Made by a program: the position numbers and the translations under genes. From Octopus sinensis (Eukaryota), in NCBI RefSeq assembly GCF_006345805.1, contig NC_042998.1:12462001-12526000 (forward strand): a stretch of 64,000 nt of DNA. Reading direction: 5' to 3'. This document shows positions 15,190 through 29,133 of the stretch, piece after piece. The notes beneath the pieces are model-generated. The model was given only the letters and a program-made list of their open reading frames with translations. It did no database searches and was not told the DNA's origin. Position 1 is the first letter of the stretch. Each line of letters begins with the position of its first letter.

Positions 15190-15528
15190 CATATACGTAT
15201 TTGTACTTATTTGTATATTTGTATTGTTGTATCTATATATCTTTGCTTGAATGTATATTTGCATTGGCTTTTAAACAAAGAGTCCTTTCTTAAATGTTAA
15301 TTGTCATTCAATTACTGAATTATCGGGAATGGAATCTTCCAACTACAAAAGCAAGAACACCGCCTCAGGTTTAGACTTTATTTAAACCCTTCAGCATAAG
15401 TGAATTAGTGATTCGCCTGCAGATCTTACACATATGTGCGTGAAACCAATGGTAACAGGTACTAGTCAGAAAATATGAATTCTATTACTAATACCCTCTC
15501 GTGAGATGGAATACTTTTGTGTTGACCT
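15190..15528 (+). repeat. Dispersed direct repeat, copy 1 (about 340 bp)
   Basis: Highly similar to 18113-18455, e.g. shared CATATGTGCGTGAAACCAATGGTAACAGGTACTAGTCAGAAAATATGAATTCTATTACTAATACCCTCTCGTGAGAT. Confidence 0.9.
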
Positions 15529-15599
15529 CTTATATATATTCTATTCAAACACACACACACACACACGCATACACACATACATATATAGATAGATATATG

Positions 15600-15673
<74 letters not shown>

Positions 15674-15803
15674 TATATTTACAATATAGGTTAGTCGAAG
15701 TATTCTTATTGGTATTTCAACTGCTACAGACAAATACACTGCAGTTACTGTGGAGAAAAACTCTCTCTTCCTATTAATCAAATTAATATTCAATTTTTCA
15801 CCC

Positions 15804-15840
<37 letters not shown>

Positions 15841-15978
15841 CGCAGATGTACTTGCATAGCAAGTGATTTGATCTGAGATCGTGTGCTGAAACGAAAACAA
15901 TTGCAGCGTGGAAGGTGTTTGTACGCCATTCAAGAAACACACAAAAGCCGTTCGATTTACTTCAACATTTAAGTTGAA

Positions 15979-16029
15979 TTTGTCAAAATATTTTCGTCGC
16001 TTTAAGACCACGACCTGTTCACTGACAAA
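15979..16029 (-). ncRNA. Minimal type-I hammerhead ribozyme motif, G3:C8 core variant
   Basis: UUUGUCA-GUGAACA-G-GUCG(11 nt)CGAC-GAA-AAUAUU-U-UGACAAA: 7-bp stem I, 4-5-bp stem II, palindromic stem III. Confidence 0.75.
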
Positions 16030-16716
16030 AATCCGTGCTGCATATATATATATGTATATTCATTTATTTATGTATGTATGTGTATGTATAAGTGGTCTAT
16101 ATAGTAGATATATATACAGGGAAAATTTAATGTTATTTCTTCAGTTATCGAAAGAAAAGTGGTGAACCGCCTCAATCGTTTTCGATGATATCAGGTACTC
16201 AGAAGTGTCAACATTAGTTAGACAAGTTCCAGAAAAAACAAGCTCCCGAGCTGTCTTCTGGATTTCAGCTGCATGGACACTTTGCATTGGATTACAATGT
16301 AATCTGATAGCTGGGTCCCTTTGAGGAGCTTTCTGTGATAGCCACATGACTCTCTGAGTCCATATTTCACGACAAATTACATACATGCACGCATCCACGC
16401 ACGTGCACACACACACGCACACACACACATGCACACACACGCACACACACTCACAGAGATACATTGGTCTAACTAGGTATACGTATTTTATATTTCTATT
16501 CCTCTGACAGATTTTCTCCTTGCTCGCTTGGATTTTTACGGTCGTTTGCTCCACTTCTCCAGATGTGTGCATATGTACCTGCGTATATACATATGTACCT
16601 GTGTCTGTCTGCCTGTCTGTCTGTTTCCCTCTCTCTCTCTCTTTCTCGCTTTGTGTGTGTGTGTGTATATATATATATGTATATATATACATATATACAT
16701 ATTTATATATATATAT

Positions 16717-17007
16717 GCGCCCTTTTCAAGCCTAGCCAGACTCATGGGCCCGGTTTCCCGGTTTCTATGGCGTATGTATCCCCCGCTTAGCTGGACGGGA
16801 CGGCAGTCCATCGCAGCGTTACTCAAGAAACAGGAAGAGAGAGTGAGAGAAAGTTGGGGCGAAAGATTACGACAGGGGTCGCCACAACCCCCTGCTGGAG
16901 CTTCGTGGAGCTTTAGGTGTTTTCGCTCAAAAAGACACGCACAACACCACGTCTGGGAATCGAAACCGCGATCCCGCTTCCCTAACCACTGGGCCATTAC
17001 GCCTCCA
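16717..17007 (-). mobile_element. Chimeric SINE: family C head/body plus family D tail
   Basis: 16830-17007 matches the C head/body. 16717-16825 matches the tail of 50997-51500 (GCGATGGACTG.CGTCCCGTCCAGCT...GAAACCGGGAAACCGGGCCCATGAG). Confidence 0.85.
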
Positions 17008-17034
17008 CACACACACACACATGCACACACACAC

Positions 17035-17082
<48 letters not shown>

Positions 17083-18112
17083 CGTGTGTATATATGTACA
17101 CACATATAAATGTTTTTGGGTAATACATTTACAATTGTTCTGTGATAGCTGCATTACCATTGCACAAACTGTATACGTTAGAAATACTTTTAATTGAACT
17201 TGTTCATTAATGTTTATTTTTAAACAAATTTACGCTAGCAATTATTGATCTACACAGTGCTATTTATTAATATCCTATAAATTTGAACGATGCAATAAAA
17301 GTTTTGATATTTCTGTTTTAATTATTCGTATCACAGGTTGTGTTTTATATGAATGAGATTTGATACTCTTGTGATGTTTATGCAGATTAATATTATATAA
17401 TTAATACTTCATAACAAAATTTGCATACGACCATATTCATTGTAGCTCTGAAATTCAATTTTTCCAATTTGAATTTTTTTTCTCACACTAACACACGCAC
17501 TTGCATACACACAAACTTGCACACACAATGAAACGCACTCTTAGCTGTTGAGATTCCTCTGCTTTCGGTTTCACATTTGTTTCAGCACAGATGTCGGGTA
17601 ATGAGCCTATAGGTGCTCTGTTCAGCATAAATGTTCTGAGTGAGGTCAGTGCGTAGTATAGGGATTGTAACATGCTTCTGTAATGGAGACCTGGAGTATT
17701 GTGTGTGTGCTTGCGTTAAATGTTTCGTTATTTTGAGGTGGATTTCTTGTACGGACCTCACCTCAAGTGGCTTAAGATATAAGACACAAAAACCTGTATT
17801 TCTACCACGTCCAGATACATTTTTGTAATTGTTAATAGTTTTCTTTCGTTATTTATATGATCAATGCCAAAGGACTTTCTATAATGTTTTGTGATGTGTT
17901 ATTCTATTTCTAGTCTATAACGGTTCGTGATGGATAGATATGGCATCCAATTTGAACTTGCAGATTTTGCCAGGCTGTTTTGCTAAACACACATGCAACA
18001 CACATACACTCATATACACACCAACGTACACACTCTCACTTGAGAATAAACCCCAAAAAGCCTTGTGGTTGACTGCTAAAAACTTCACCAATACATTTCA
18101 ATATCAAAGTCA

Positions 18113-18455
18113 CATATATGTATTTGTGCTTATTTGCATATTTGTATGGTTGTATCTATATATCTTTGCTTGCATGTATATTTGCATTGGCTTGTAAACA
18201 AAGTTAGAGTCCTTTCTTAAATGTTAATTTTCATTCAATTACTGAATTATCGAGAATGGAATCTTCCAACTAGAAAAGCAAAAACATCGCCGCAGGTTTA
18301 GACTTTAATTAAACCCTTCAGCATAAGTGAATTAGTGATTCGCCTGAAGATCATACACATATGTGCGTGAAACCAATGGTAACAGGTACTAGTCAGAAAA
18401 TATGAATTCTATTACTAATACCCTCTCGTGAGATTGAATAATTTTGTGTTGACCT
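18113..18455 (+). repeat. Dispersed direct repeat, copy 2
   Basis: See 15190-15528. Confidence 0.9.
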
Positions 18456-18944
18456 ATTCTGTCTCGAATAGTACTGCGTCTACTATTCGAAATATGGTTA
18501 TATATCACTTTCACTTTTACCTTCTCCATTCGAGACGGTTTTTAATCATCCATACCATGCTCCCACCAACCTAACTCACACTAATAAGACTGAATTTATT
18601 ATCAGAAAGGAAAATGCCATTTTAAAGTAGAGTTCGCTTAAACTATAACTATTTTCAAAAAAGTCTAACAATTAAGATACATGAACAGAAACGGAATATA
18701 TTTGACTATATGTTATTTTCATCATTTTCTGAACATTTCTTTAACTTATTATCTTCAACAGTTTTCTCATTCGGTTTTCATTACATATTCTTGTAGTTCT
18801 AATGGTTTAATCTATGTAAAGAAAGTTCATTGGCAGCGAAGAATGAACCATCTGAGTAGCGACAGCGTGATATATCATAACATAATGAATATACATAATC
18901 TAGCATATGAATTGTAAATATCTTTAGCGTTTGTAACCAGAAAA

Positions 18945-18960
18945 CCTTGTATATATATAT

Positions 18961-19009
<49 letters not shown>

Positions 19010-19143
19010 GTGGTGTGTGTGTGTGTGTGTGTGGTGTGTGTGTGTGTGTGTGTGTATTGTATGTATATGTATATATATATGTGTGTGTGTTTGTGGTATA
19101 TATATATATATATGTTTATTTACATATAAGCATATATGTATAC

Positions 19144-19213
<70 letters not shown>

Positions 19214-19400
19214 GTATGTTGTATATATATGTTTATTTACATATAAGCATATATGTATACATATGTATATATATATATGTGTGTGTGTGTTTGTCTGTGT
19301 GTCTGTGTACATATATAAACACACATAAATATGTATAGATATATAGACATACATACTCACACATACACACACACACACGCATATATATATATATACATAT
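18945..19400. repeat. (TA)n/(TG)n microsatellite block
   Basis: Directly visible. Confidence 0.9.
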
Positions 19401-20979
19401 TATTCATTATTCAATGTCTGCCTTTTCACAAGTGATTAGAGATAATAAGATTCTCCAAAATATCTTGCAGCATTAAATGCAGAAAAATTATAATTATAAT
19501 ATCATAAATAATAACATTGCCATCAGTGGTAATAGAAACAGCAGTAGCAGAGAAATTAACATAATCAATTAGAGAAGAAGAACAATGCCTTGTATAGCGT
19601 CTTTTGATTTGCTGGGAATAAACTAACAATGTTAGTTGCCAGTCACAATGGATGCTGAGTTCAGAAAAAAAAAAGTGATGCATATTTACTTCGCCAATCA
19701 TACGGGAAGTTTTTATATGCCGAAGAAGTGGGTTTTTGTAAAACAGCCCTGACTGCTAAGTTGTAAGTATGTATGGCGTTGGTTGCTTGTTTTCTTATTT
19801 GCTGTATTTGGAAGAAAATGCAATGAAATGACCATGATATTTTTAGATCTCTGAGGGCAATACCAAGAACTTAAAACTTAGCAGTGAGAGTGCATCGGTT
19901 AGCCAATGATTTGGGATGAGAAAATCCTGCACGTAAGATTTACTGTGTGCCCTAGAGGTTTGGAAAACTAAAAACAACAAAATGGTGAAATTATGCGTCG
20001 GGAGAACCTTAGTAGAATACAACACTATTGCACTCAATTTTGATTTAACATGCAGGACAACTTCAGAACGTGAGGTAAAAAAAAAAAAAATGGAGAAAGA
20101 GGTGCACTTGGAATTTTTCTCTCCGTATATAATTAGAGTTAGATTTTTTAAACATTACTTGCCATATAATCGAGATGTATTTAATATTAGGTTAGAAAGA
20201 ATGTCGTGTCGCATTTCAGCATAGGAAAGAATATTCTTCTTTCGATATATTAATCAAGAAAATATTTCCGCTTTGGGGTGAATAGCTGACAGCAAAGGCG
20301 CAAAATTCTTCATGTTTTGAAACATTCGAACCTCTTCACAATTAATAAATTGTTTTCCATCAAAGCAAATTTGCGCCGAGCCGAAAATTTTATAATTAGG
20401 TGGAGCTATGTCGGGATCGTAAGAAGTGTAGAAAAACCTTTCTTGTGTGACTTGGGCAATATATGATCTCGTATTATTGTATCATATCAAGATTTTTTCT
20501 TCCAACTTTTGTGCAATGCTTTCAACTGATGCTATTACTTCTCCGATTTAACTGTTTCGTTTTGGATCAACATTTCATGATAGACTCAACCTACATATCC
20601 AACCAAACACAGGCCATAACATTTTTATGTAGCCCTTGTTTGGAGATGAATGCTATTTTTTTGTCATTGAGTAGTGACCATTGTCCTTTTCGCTGAGTAT
20701 GATTATAGGGAACTCACGTTTCATAATTTGTTGTGATTTAGGAAAGACTCTGTAGAATCTCTATTCTTCAATGGTGATCAAATGGTAACGTTTTGATTAA
20801 ACTGATACGCGGTCACATGAGGGATCGTCTGATCATTTTTTTTTTTACATATTCGCTAGTTTCCTTTCAAGATGACGGGAACTTTTTCTTCTGTGATTTG
20901 TTTCAGGATTATGCTAAATAGACAAGCCCTCTTGAGGAAAAGAAATTGTGTTGCAGTATATTTTTTATGATCCTGAATT

Positions 20980-21950
20980 GTGTATGACAGGTGGCCTCAG
21001 ACTTGCGTAAATTCTAAATCTAATGTTAAGGTCGTTTGGCCAAAGCTAGTGGCGTATTCTCCTCATTGTGCAAATGATTTAGCGCTCACAGCAGTGCTAG
21101 AGAGAATAAAGTTTCAATGTTTTAAAGCGGTCGTAATATCTGTCATATCCTTAATTTTTTTCAGTGAATGCTTTCTACAGTGATACAATTCTCGTAATGT
21201 TTTGTTTTGTGTGTGAAGTTCACAGAGGGAATCAGAAATCTAGGTGTGGCTTTACAAAGGAGGAGAGGAGAGGAATGTTGACATCTTGCCCTCTGGACCG
21301 GGAAGGCCTGAGTATCCACGAACTCATCCTCCGAGCAACATCGGCTTTACTGTTGATGTGCGAATTCCAGCTTAAATTGTGTCAAGAATTACTCCTAAGT
21401 CCCTGATATTATTAGATACTGAGAGTGGATCTCCTGTTTTTGAGCGTAGTCTTTTTTCCAAAATGTATCAGTAAAAGATTTTCCCTTATTTAACCGACTT
21501 TTGTTTCTCTCTTACCATTAGCTTACAACATATAGACCAGACTGGAATTCAGTTCGGCGTTCTTCATTGATAATTTTCTGGACCGTGGCCTCTTCTGTGA
21601 ATATTTTTACTTTGTTGTGTTTAATAACGCTTGAGATGTTTATATAAATTACAAATAGAAGTGGGTCCAAAATAGAGTGCTGGGGGACACCACTGGTGAC
21701 ACTGGCTTGGCTTGAGTGAATTTTGACGATTACAACATGTATTCTGTTCACCAGGAAATACTTAGTCCAGTCTCGCAGTTTCCAGAGGATTCCAGTATTT
21801 GACAATTTTAACAGGAGTCTATTATGCTCGACTCTGTCGAACACTTGGCTGAAATCAAGATGACATCAAAGTTGGAAACCGACCTCATGGCTTTAAGGAT
21901 AGCATCGATTTGATGTAAGAGTTGAACTCGTTTAAAAACTACCATAGATA
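20980..21950 (-). mobile_element. Degenerate CR1-group LINE (RT domain and downstream region)
   Basis: FDRVEH, VTSGVPQHSILDPLLFVIYIN, then by manual translation IRDLGVILDT, HINSKADVARRMSSWILR, SFVKPHLDF and KTLKLYSL. Confidence 0.8.
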
Positions 21951-22409
21951 GAGACACATTCATATTTACTGGAAAGTCGCAATAATATCCAACGAGAAGT
22001 TCTAAACATCTCTATCTAGAAATATACGTATTTTTATATTATCATATTTTAATTCTTAATTCAAATAGGAATGTCAGTTTCATACTTAAGAATGTTGGTA
22101 TTTGTGAGAACCTGCAAGGAAATTATTATTGACGCAATAGGAATTCAATTAAATGTGTTTTATTGCAATTCCATTGATTTATATTTCATACGAGTATAAA
22201 ACACTATGTATTTGTCTAAAGTTAAGTAAATTCTCACATTTAGTCAAGCATATCAAACTTGGAGCCGTTAAAATGTGTATTCAATATCTTGATATATCTT
22301 TGCAGTTAACTGAAATATATTTACAACTTTTGTTATACGAAGTTAGAATGTTACTCGCGTAGGTTCAAAAGTAATGGATAAAACCAATTTTTAATATATA
22401 ACAGGTCAA

Positions 22410-22535
22410 GCGTGTTTATGTGTTAAGAAGTTTGATTCCCACCACATGGTCCAGGGTTCAGTCCAACTGTGTTGCACTTTCGGCATGGGTCTTCTAATAT
22501 AAACCTGAGCCGACCAAATCTTTGTCAGTGAATTT
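22410..22535 (+). mobile_element. Degenerate SINE family B 5' fragment
   Basis: ACCACATGGTCCAGGGTTCAGTCC...GTCTTCTAATATA..CCGACCAAA matches the family B head. Confidence 0.6.
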
Positions 22536-22612
22536 ATTAGATAGCTAAAATCAGACTCCAAAAGTAAGTCATAAGTCATCACTGTTGCTACTACCGCCTT
22601 TCCTAGCGACAA

Positions 22613-23040
22613 CATAATCAAATATTCTTTTCTACTCGAGGCAAAAAGCCCGAAATTTTTTGGGGGAGGCTTGTCGATTAGATCGGCCCCAGTACGCACC
22701 TAGTACTTAATTTATCGACTCCGAAAGGATGAAAGGCAAAGTCCACCTCGGCTGAATTTGAACTTAGAACGTAAAAACAGGTGAAATACCGCTAAGCATT
22801 TCGCCCGTTGTGCTAACGATTCTGCCAGCTCGCCGCCCTCATATAATCAAATATTCTTTTCTACTCTAGGCACAAGGCCCGAAATTTTGGGGGAAGGGAC
22901 CAATCTGTTAGATCGACCCTAGTACGCAACTGGTACTTAATTTATCTACTCCGAAAGGATGAAAGGCAAAGTCGATCTCGGCGGAATTTGAACTTAGAAC
23001 GTAAAGACAGACGAAATACCGCTAAGCATTTCACTTGGCG
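22613..23040 (-). mobile_element. Two SINE family A copies in tandem (22613-22839, 22841-23040), alternative tail
   Basis: Reverse complement of the A head and central domain occurs twice; shared tail ...GTAGAAAAGAATATTTGATTAT. Confidence 0.85.
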
Positions 23041-23328
23041 TTTAGGAGGGAACACGGCCTATTGCATAAGTTATTAGCCTCACTACCATAAACTAGCGGT
23101 TTCGATTCCTAAGCATGGAGGCGCATTCAGTCCTAGTTGTGAGTTCATTTTACGTGGTTCCAGACTAACCAGGTAAAAATATAAGTGCGGGCGCAGCTGT
23201 GGTAAGAAGATATCTTCTCAACCACATGGTTTAGTTTTACTGCCTTACACCTTGGGCAAGTGTCTTTCACTGCAGCATCGGGCTGATCATAGCCTTATGA
23301 GTGTATTTGGTTGACAGAAGTTGAAAGA

Positions 23329-23926
23329 AGCGGCGAGGCGGCAGAAACGTTAGCACGCCGGGCGAATGCTTAGCGATATTTCGTCTGCCGTTACGTTCTG
23401 AGTTCAAATTCCGCCGAGGTCGACTTTGCCTTTCATCCTTTCGGGGTCGATAAATTAAGTACTAGTTACGCACTAGGGTCGATGTAATCGACATACTCCC
23501 TTTGTCTGTCTTTGTTTGTCCCCTCTATGTTTAGCCCCTTGTGGGTAATAAAGAAACAGGTATTTCGTCTGCCACTACGTTCTGAGTTCAAATTCCGCCG
23601 AGGTCGACTTTGCCTTTCATCCTTTCGGGGTCGATTAAATAAGTACCAGTTACGCAATGGGGTCGATATAATCGACTTAATCCGTTTGTCTGTCCTTGTT
23701 TGTCCCCTCTGTGTTTAGCCCCTTGTGGGTAGAAAAGAAATAGGTATTTCGTCTGCCGTTACGTTCTGAGATGAAATTCCGCCGAGGTCGACTTTGCCTT
23801 TCATCCTTTCGAGGTCGATAAATGAAGTACCAGTTACGCGCTGGGGTCGATGTAATCGACTTAATCCGTTTGTCTGTCCTTGTGTGTCGCATGTGTGTTT
23901 GGCCCCTGGTGGGCAATAAAAGAAAT
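23329..23926 (+). mobile_element. SINE family A: head plus three tandem bodies (period about 184 bp)
   Basis: Bodies restart at GGTATTTCGTCTGCC at 23559 and 23743. Confidence 0.9.
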
Positions 23927-24106
23927 AAGAAACTGAAAGAAACTCGTTGTATATATATATATATTTCGTTTTTGGATTTGGTTTGCAAGATTCTTTACAT
24001 ATATATATATATAAAGGGAAAGTTTATGAAAATAAACAAATTACGAAGACAGGTGGTGTACAAAACAAACAGATGTATTAGTATAGCGCTCAGGTATAGA
24101 AAGAGT

Positions 24107-24142
24107 CTTTTACGTTTCGAGCCTACGCTCTTCTACAGAAAG
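24107..24142 (-). ncRNA. Minimal type-I hammerhead motif with mutated core (A6U), probably inactive
   Basis: CUUU-CUGUAGA-A-GAGC(GUAG)GCUC-GAA-ACGU-A-AAAG. Confidence 0.65.
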
Positions 24143-24256
24143 GTACACAGAAAAAACAAGGAGAGAAACAAAGAGAGAAAAAAGGAGAGAAAAAAACAAG
24201 GAGAGAAACAACGAGAGAAAAGAATGTGTGTAGTTGAAACGATATATATATATATA

Positions 24257-24292
<36 letters not shown>

Positions 24293-24673
24293 TGTTTTTT
24301 TGTGTTACTCACCATTGCTTGACAATCGGTGTTGGCAGCGATCATAAGTCCCCGTAATACTTGCGGCTCAACAAAAGAGACTGACAGCATAATTACTGGG
24401 CTTCAAGAAAGAGTATGTTTAGGAGGGGCTCCATTCGTTCGAGTAAATTCCTTCAAGGCGGTACACCAGCATGGCCCCACTCTAATGAATGAAACGAGTA
24501 AAACAATACAGATCAAATGTTGCTTCGGATTTCTCACCCAACAACTTTTACATCAATGTTCTAAGACTTGGTGAAGAATGATGGAGCTGTGAGAATAAAT
24601 ATACATATATATATATATATTATATTATAATATATATATATAATATATATATTATATATATATATATATATTA

Positions 24674-24736
<63 letters not shown>

Positions 24737-25476
24737 GCTCTCCTCGCAATAGGATAGGTGCCAAAACCAATTAGTGAAAGCATGGTACTAACTATCATGT
24801 TCACCTCGATTCGTGTGTCGGCCGTAGTTTTACTTTATCAACGAATCTGATTGTCTTAGAGCCGTCTACTTTTCTATTAAATGTAACGCCTATTTTCCCG
24901 CGTCTAATCACATACATATATACGTTTTGCTATATAATAACAGTGATGTGTAACTGTGTATTTCAGAACGGTAAAGTAGTATGTAAACATATTCTCAACA
25001 GAAAGTTTAGTGAAATCAGTGTTGTTCATCCAGATTAAATCATTTTGTCATCTAATCGTCTGGCGAGCTAACAGAGTGTACAAGGTCAAGAAATACAAGT
25101 TGGCCATTCTGTGTCTAGATCTGAGTCCAATCTTTAGCTGTCTTGTCTGGAAACCAGAAAGCAAGGTGAATGATGCGATGTTAATGAGGTTATGGTTATT
25201 AATTGATTAAAGTTTTGAATATCTACGCAAATGGAATATGATCAATAGTTTCATGACTAAAAGCTAAGTGGTGATGGAGAAAGAAGAAAGAAAAAAAATC
25301 AATAAGATGAGAATTATAATGTGAAATATATCCATTTTTCGAATTCATGACATGTTTACGAGGAAATCACTTAAATTCCATTGCAATATTCGAATAGCGT
25401 TGTATCATCATTAGTGTATTATGCTATAGAAACACATACTGTTACACTCACTCGGTTATAGAACGCACTTATGGAA

Positions 25477-25479
<3 letters not shown>

Positions 25480-25511
<32 letters not shown>

Positions 25512-25651
25512 CAGACACTCTCACATATATGCATATACATATATACGCTTATAATACAATCTATATACCTATGGATATACACATATTTCATATTTCTCAG
25601 CGTGTGTGTATATATATGTATATATAATATATATATATATATATAATATAT

Positions 25652-25721
<70 letters not shown>

Positions 25722-25784
25722 TATTTATACTTATATATACAAGTATATATATATACATACACATATTTATACTTCTATTTACAA

Positions 25785-25848
<64 letters not shown>

Positions 25849-25949
25849 GCACACGCATCCAAACACATGGAAATAATTATGCATATATATAAATTATACA
25901 TACGCACATTTACACACTCACATTGTACACACATATATATGGACACACA

Positions 25950-26010
<61 letters not shown>
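25480..26010. repeat. (CA)n/(TA)n microsatellite block
   Basis: Directly visible. Confidence 0.9.
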
Positions 26011-26784
26011 AGCTGAAGCAGTTTTATTTGTGTGTTTTAAATCATAGTTTCTGTATAAAAATATATATTTGTATATTTTATATTTGTATCTCGGTGCAGG
26101 TGTCTTTTGTTTTATTAATGTGTGTGAGTCACTGCATAGAGAACGAGAATGAATTCAGAGACGTCAGTAGCATTCGAACTACCAAGAGGAATATGATATA
26201 TTCCTGCTTTATTGAATGTCTTCGCTTCCAAAGACATAGAAGAATCGCTTGGTGGCAACTGGGACAAACTCCAACAGCGAAAGGGAAATAATTTTAAGAT
26301 GAAGTAGGCTGAAAATTTGGACACACGTACACAGACACAATCAGCACTACTAGCATAGATATAGACAAAGAATATAACACATTGTACTTTATACAACACA
26401 ACATGAACGCATTTTGATGGATTTCTATAAATCATCATCGAGGCATTCACCAGTCACCACCATCCCTGACTTTACCAAATTTGGCGCCATATTAACCATT
26501 GATATCAATATCATTACACCGTTCAGGCGCCATTATAAGCCCTCAAAATATCATGCGTGTAACGTGTCAGCCCTAACGCATGCAGCCACTTTTATGAGTT
26601 TTTAACTCGCCCTTACATACTTCTGTTTATAACACTACATTTATTCTGCATAGCACCAGTAGTTACAAACAACACTATTTTTGAGACAATATATATCTTG
26701 TCGGTGGACTTGCAGCTCTGGTTGATGTGCATATATGCTTGTATGTATGTTTATATATATACACACGCACATCATATACATACA

Positions 26785-26796
26785 ATTATATATATA

Positions 26797-26836
<40 letters not shown>

Positions 26837-26901
26837 ATATATATAATATATATATATAATATATATGTATATATATAATATATATATATATGTATATATA
26901 T

Positions 26902-26946
<45 letters not shown>

Positions 26947-26989
26947 ATATATAATATATATAATATATATATATACACATATATATATA

Positions 26990-27037
<48 letters not shown>

Positions 27038-27050
27038 CATACATATACAC
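26785..27050. repeat. Long imperfect (TA)n tract
   Basis: Directly visible. Confidence 0.9.
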
Positions 27051-27522
27051 ATGTATGCATGTGTGTGTATGATTAGTGGAGTGCAGTGTATAACTGAAAA
27101 AATACTGAGAAAGAGACATGAATATATAATGAATTTCTTTGACGCCAAATATTATGTCGATAGCAGCTGCTCCTGAAGAATACATTTTATTTTCCATAAC
27201 TTCCATTAATTCTCTCATTCTTCACTTTTTCTCATCAAATATTTCCTCTTTACTGAACATTGTACAACGCTTCCTACTCCTATGTGCTTATAACATTAAA
27301 GCGTTTCTAAGTATCACTCTCACACAAGGAAATATGCAGTCTTAAATTCATAAATGTTTATAATAAAATTTTAAAATTCTCTAATACAGAAAATGCATGA
27401 TTTTTAGCTTTAAAAAATTGCTTTTTCGATTTAAGTTAAATGAAAGTAACTTGGTTGTTATGAATGTATGCATGTGTGCATACACCTTACGTACATAGCT
27501 ATGTATGAATTATATATATATA

Positions 27523-27577
<55 letters not shown>

Positions 27578-28227
27578 AGATAAATACATATACATACATA
27601 CATACATATATAAATATATAATATATATATATATAAATATATATAAATATATATATATATTATATATATATATTATATATGTATACGTGTATAAAAGACA
27701 TATGTATTTCATATTTATGTCTGCAACGTGGATTTATTTTTCCATATGGTCCGATGCTTATCTTTATATTTGTGCATGCATACTTACACACACTTACAAA
27801 TACACACACATACAACAGAGAAACACACACACACACACACAACACTCACACATACACACACACACACTCGTACATGTGTTTATATTGCTACGCGAATATG
27901 CAAGATCTTGCTACAAACTACAGTTCTCCATATTTTCCTTACTTGATTATTATTCTAAGTTTCGAATAAGCTGTCTCGATTCTAGCTTAATTGAGACTTA
28001 CATTTCAATATAGGTACTGATGCTGTTCGTTGCGCATTGATGCACTATACACTAATGTATGTGCATATGCAATTATATATGTATGTAGGAATATATGTGT
28101 GTGTACATACATAGAATTTTAATACAAGATGATGGAAATGAACAGGTTTCATATATATATATATATATATTATACATACCTACATACATGCATACATACA
28201 TACATGCACATATGTACATACACACAC

Positions 28228-28297
<70 letters not shown>

Positions 28298-29081
28298 TAA
28301 AAACATATATATATGTACATAATAATAGAGGTTAGAACTTTTTCTTAAAAACTTTTTCATTGGCCAGCCTATAAATGAAAACCGATTAAGGTGAAATTTT
28401 ATGTATATATAAAATAAGCGCTTAGAAACAAATTTTTCTTGCTTATATGCTGAGGAACAGACGCTAAATCATCTCATATTTCTTCGTCCTATTTAACTTC
28501 CACTAGTTCCCACTAGTTTATCTCCCCTGCACCTTCCCCTTTGTCTCTGATTTTTTACTAATTCTTCAATCCCGCTGTCCCCTACCCATCTCTCCTCTTT
28601 CCACGTGACCGGTGTCCGGCCAGCCATCATCTGTCTTTCTTGGCCTGACTGCCTTCCGTCAACACGGCTTGTTTCCATCGTCCATATTCGTGTCTTTAGG
28701 CTTTCACTCCATACACGCCAGTTCAATTTGAATCGTCCTCAGTCGAAAGACGCCTGTTGTTACTTCTTGTTGTTTAAATTCGTAATTCTGTACCATGTTC
28801 TCCGTTTCTTTTTTTTCTTGTCTTTGTTGCCGTACACATCCGCTAGTTTTCTTACAAAGAGGTCTAGTGCTCTTAGTTTAGACTTATTTGGGTACAACCA
28901 GATCGAGCCATCTCAAGTGTAACTGTCCGAAATGGTCGTGACTTCTGGTACTTAACTGAAGAAAGAAAGCCAAGAATGACCCGTCTTTTTTGCCTGTCCT
29001 TCTAATTGTTTCTATTGTCCACCTTTGTGTCATTTATCTGTCCGAACGTTTTAATGCCCTCTATTGCGTTTTTGCTCCATT

Positions 29082-29133
<52 letters not shown>

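Larger units (their letters stand above)
23190..24510 (+). mobile_element. Old SINE family B copy split by two later insertions
   Basis: 5' part 23190-23328 (CCTTGGGCAAGTGTCTT), resumes at 23927-23965 (GAAACTGAAAGAAACTCGTTGTATATA), 3' half 24290-24510 (..CACCAGCATGGCC..GAAACGAGTAAAA). Confidence 0.7.

Noticed and set aside
15190-18455. LTR retrotransposon interpretation of the direct repeats
   Set aside because: No TG/CA termini, PBS, PPT or internal coding remnants seen.
19426-19701. AVSITTDGNVIIYD resembles a WD40 strand
   Set aside because: No flanking splice donor, low-complexity continuation and no second repeat.
23329-23926. Regularly spaced repeats that might suggest a CRISPR-like array
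   Set aside because: Whole 184-bp units repeat with no unique spacers; these are SINE bodies in a eukaryotic context.
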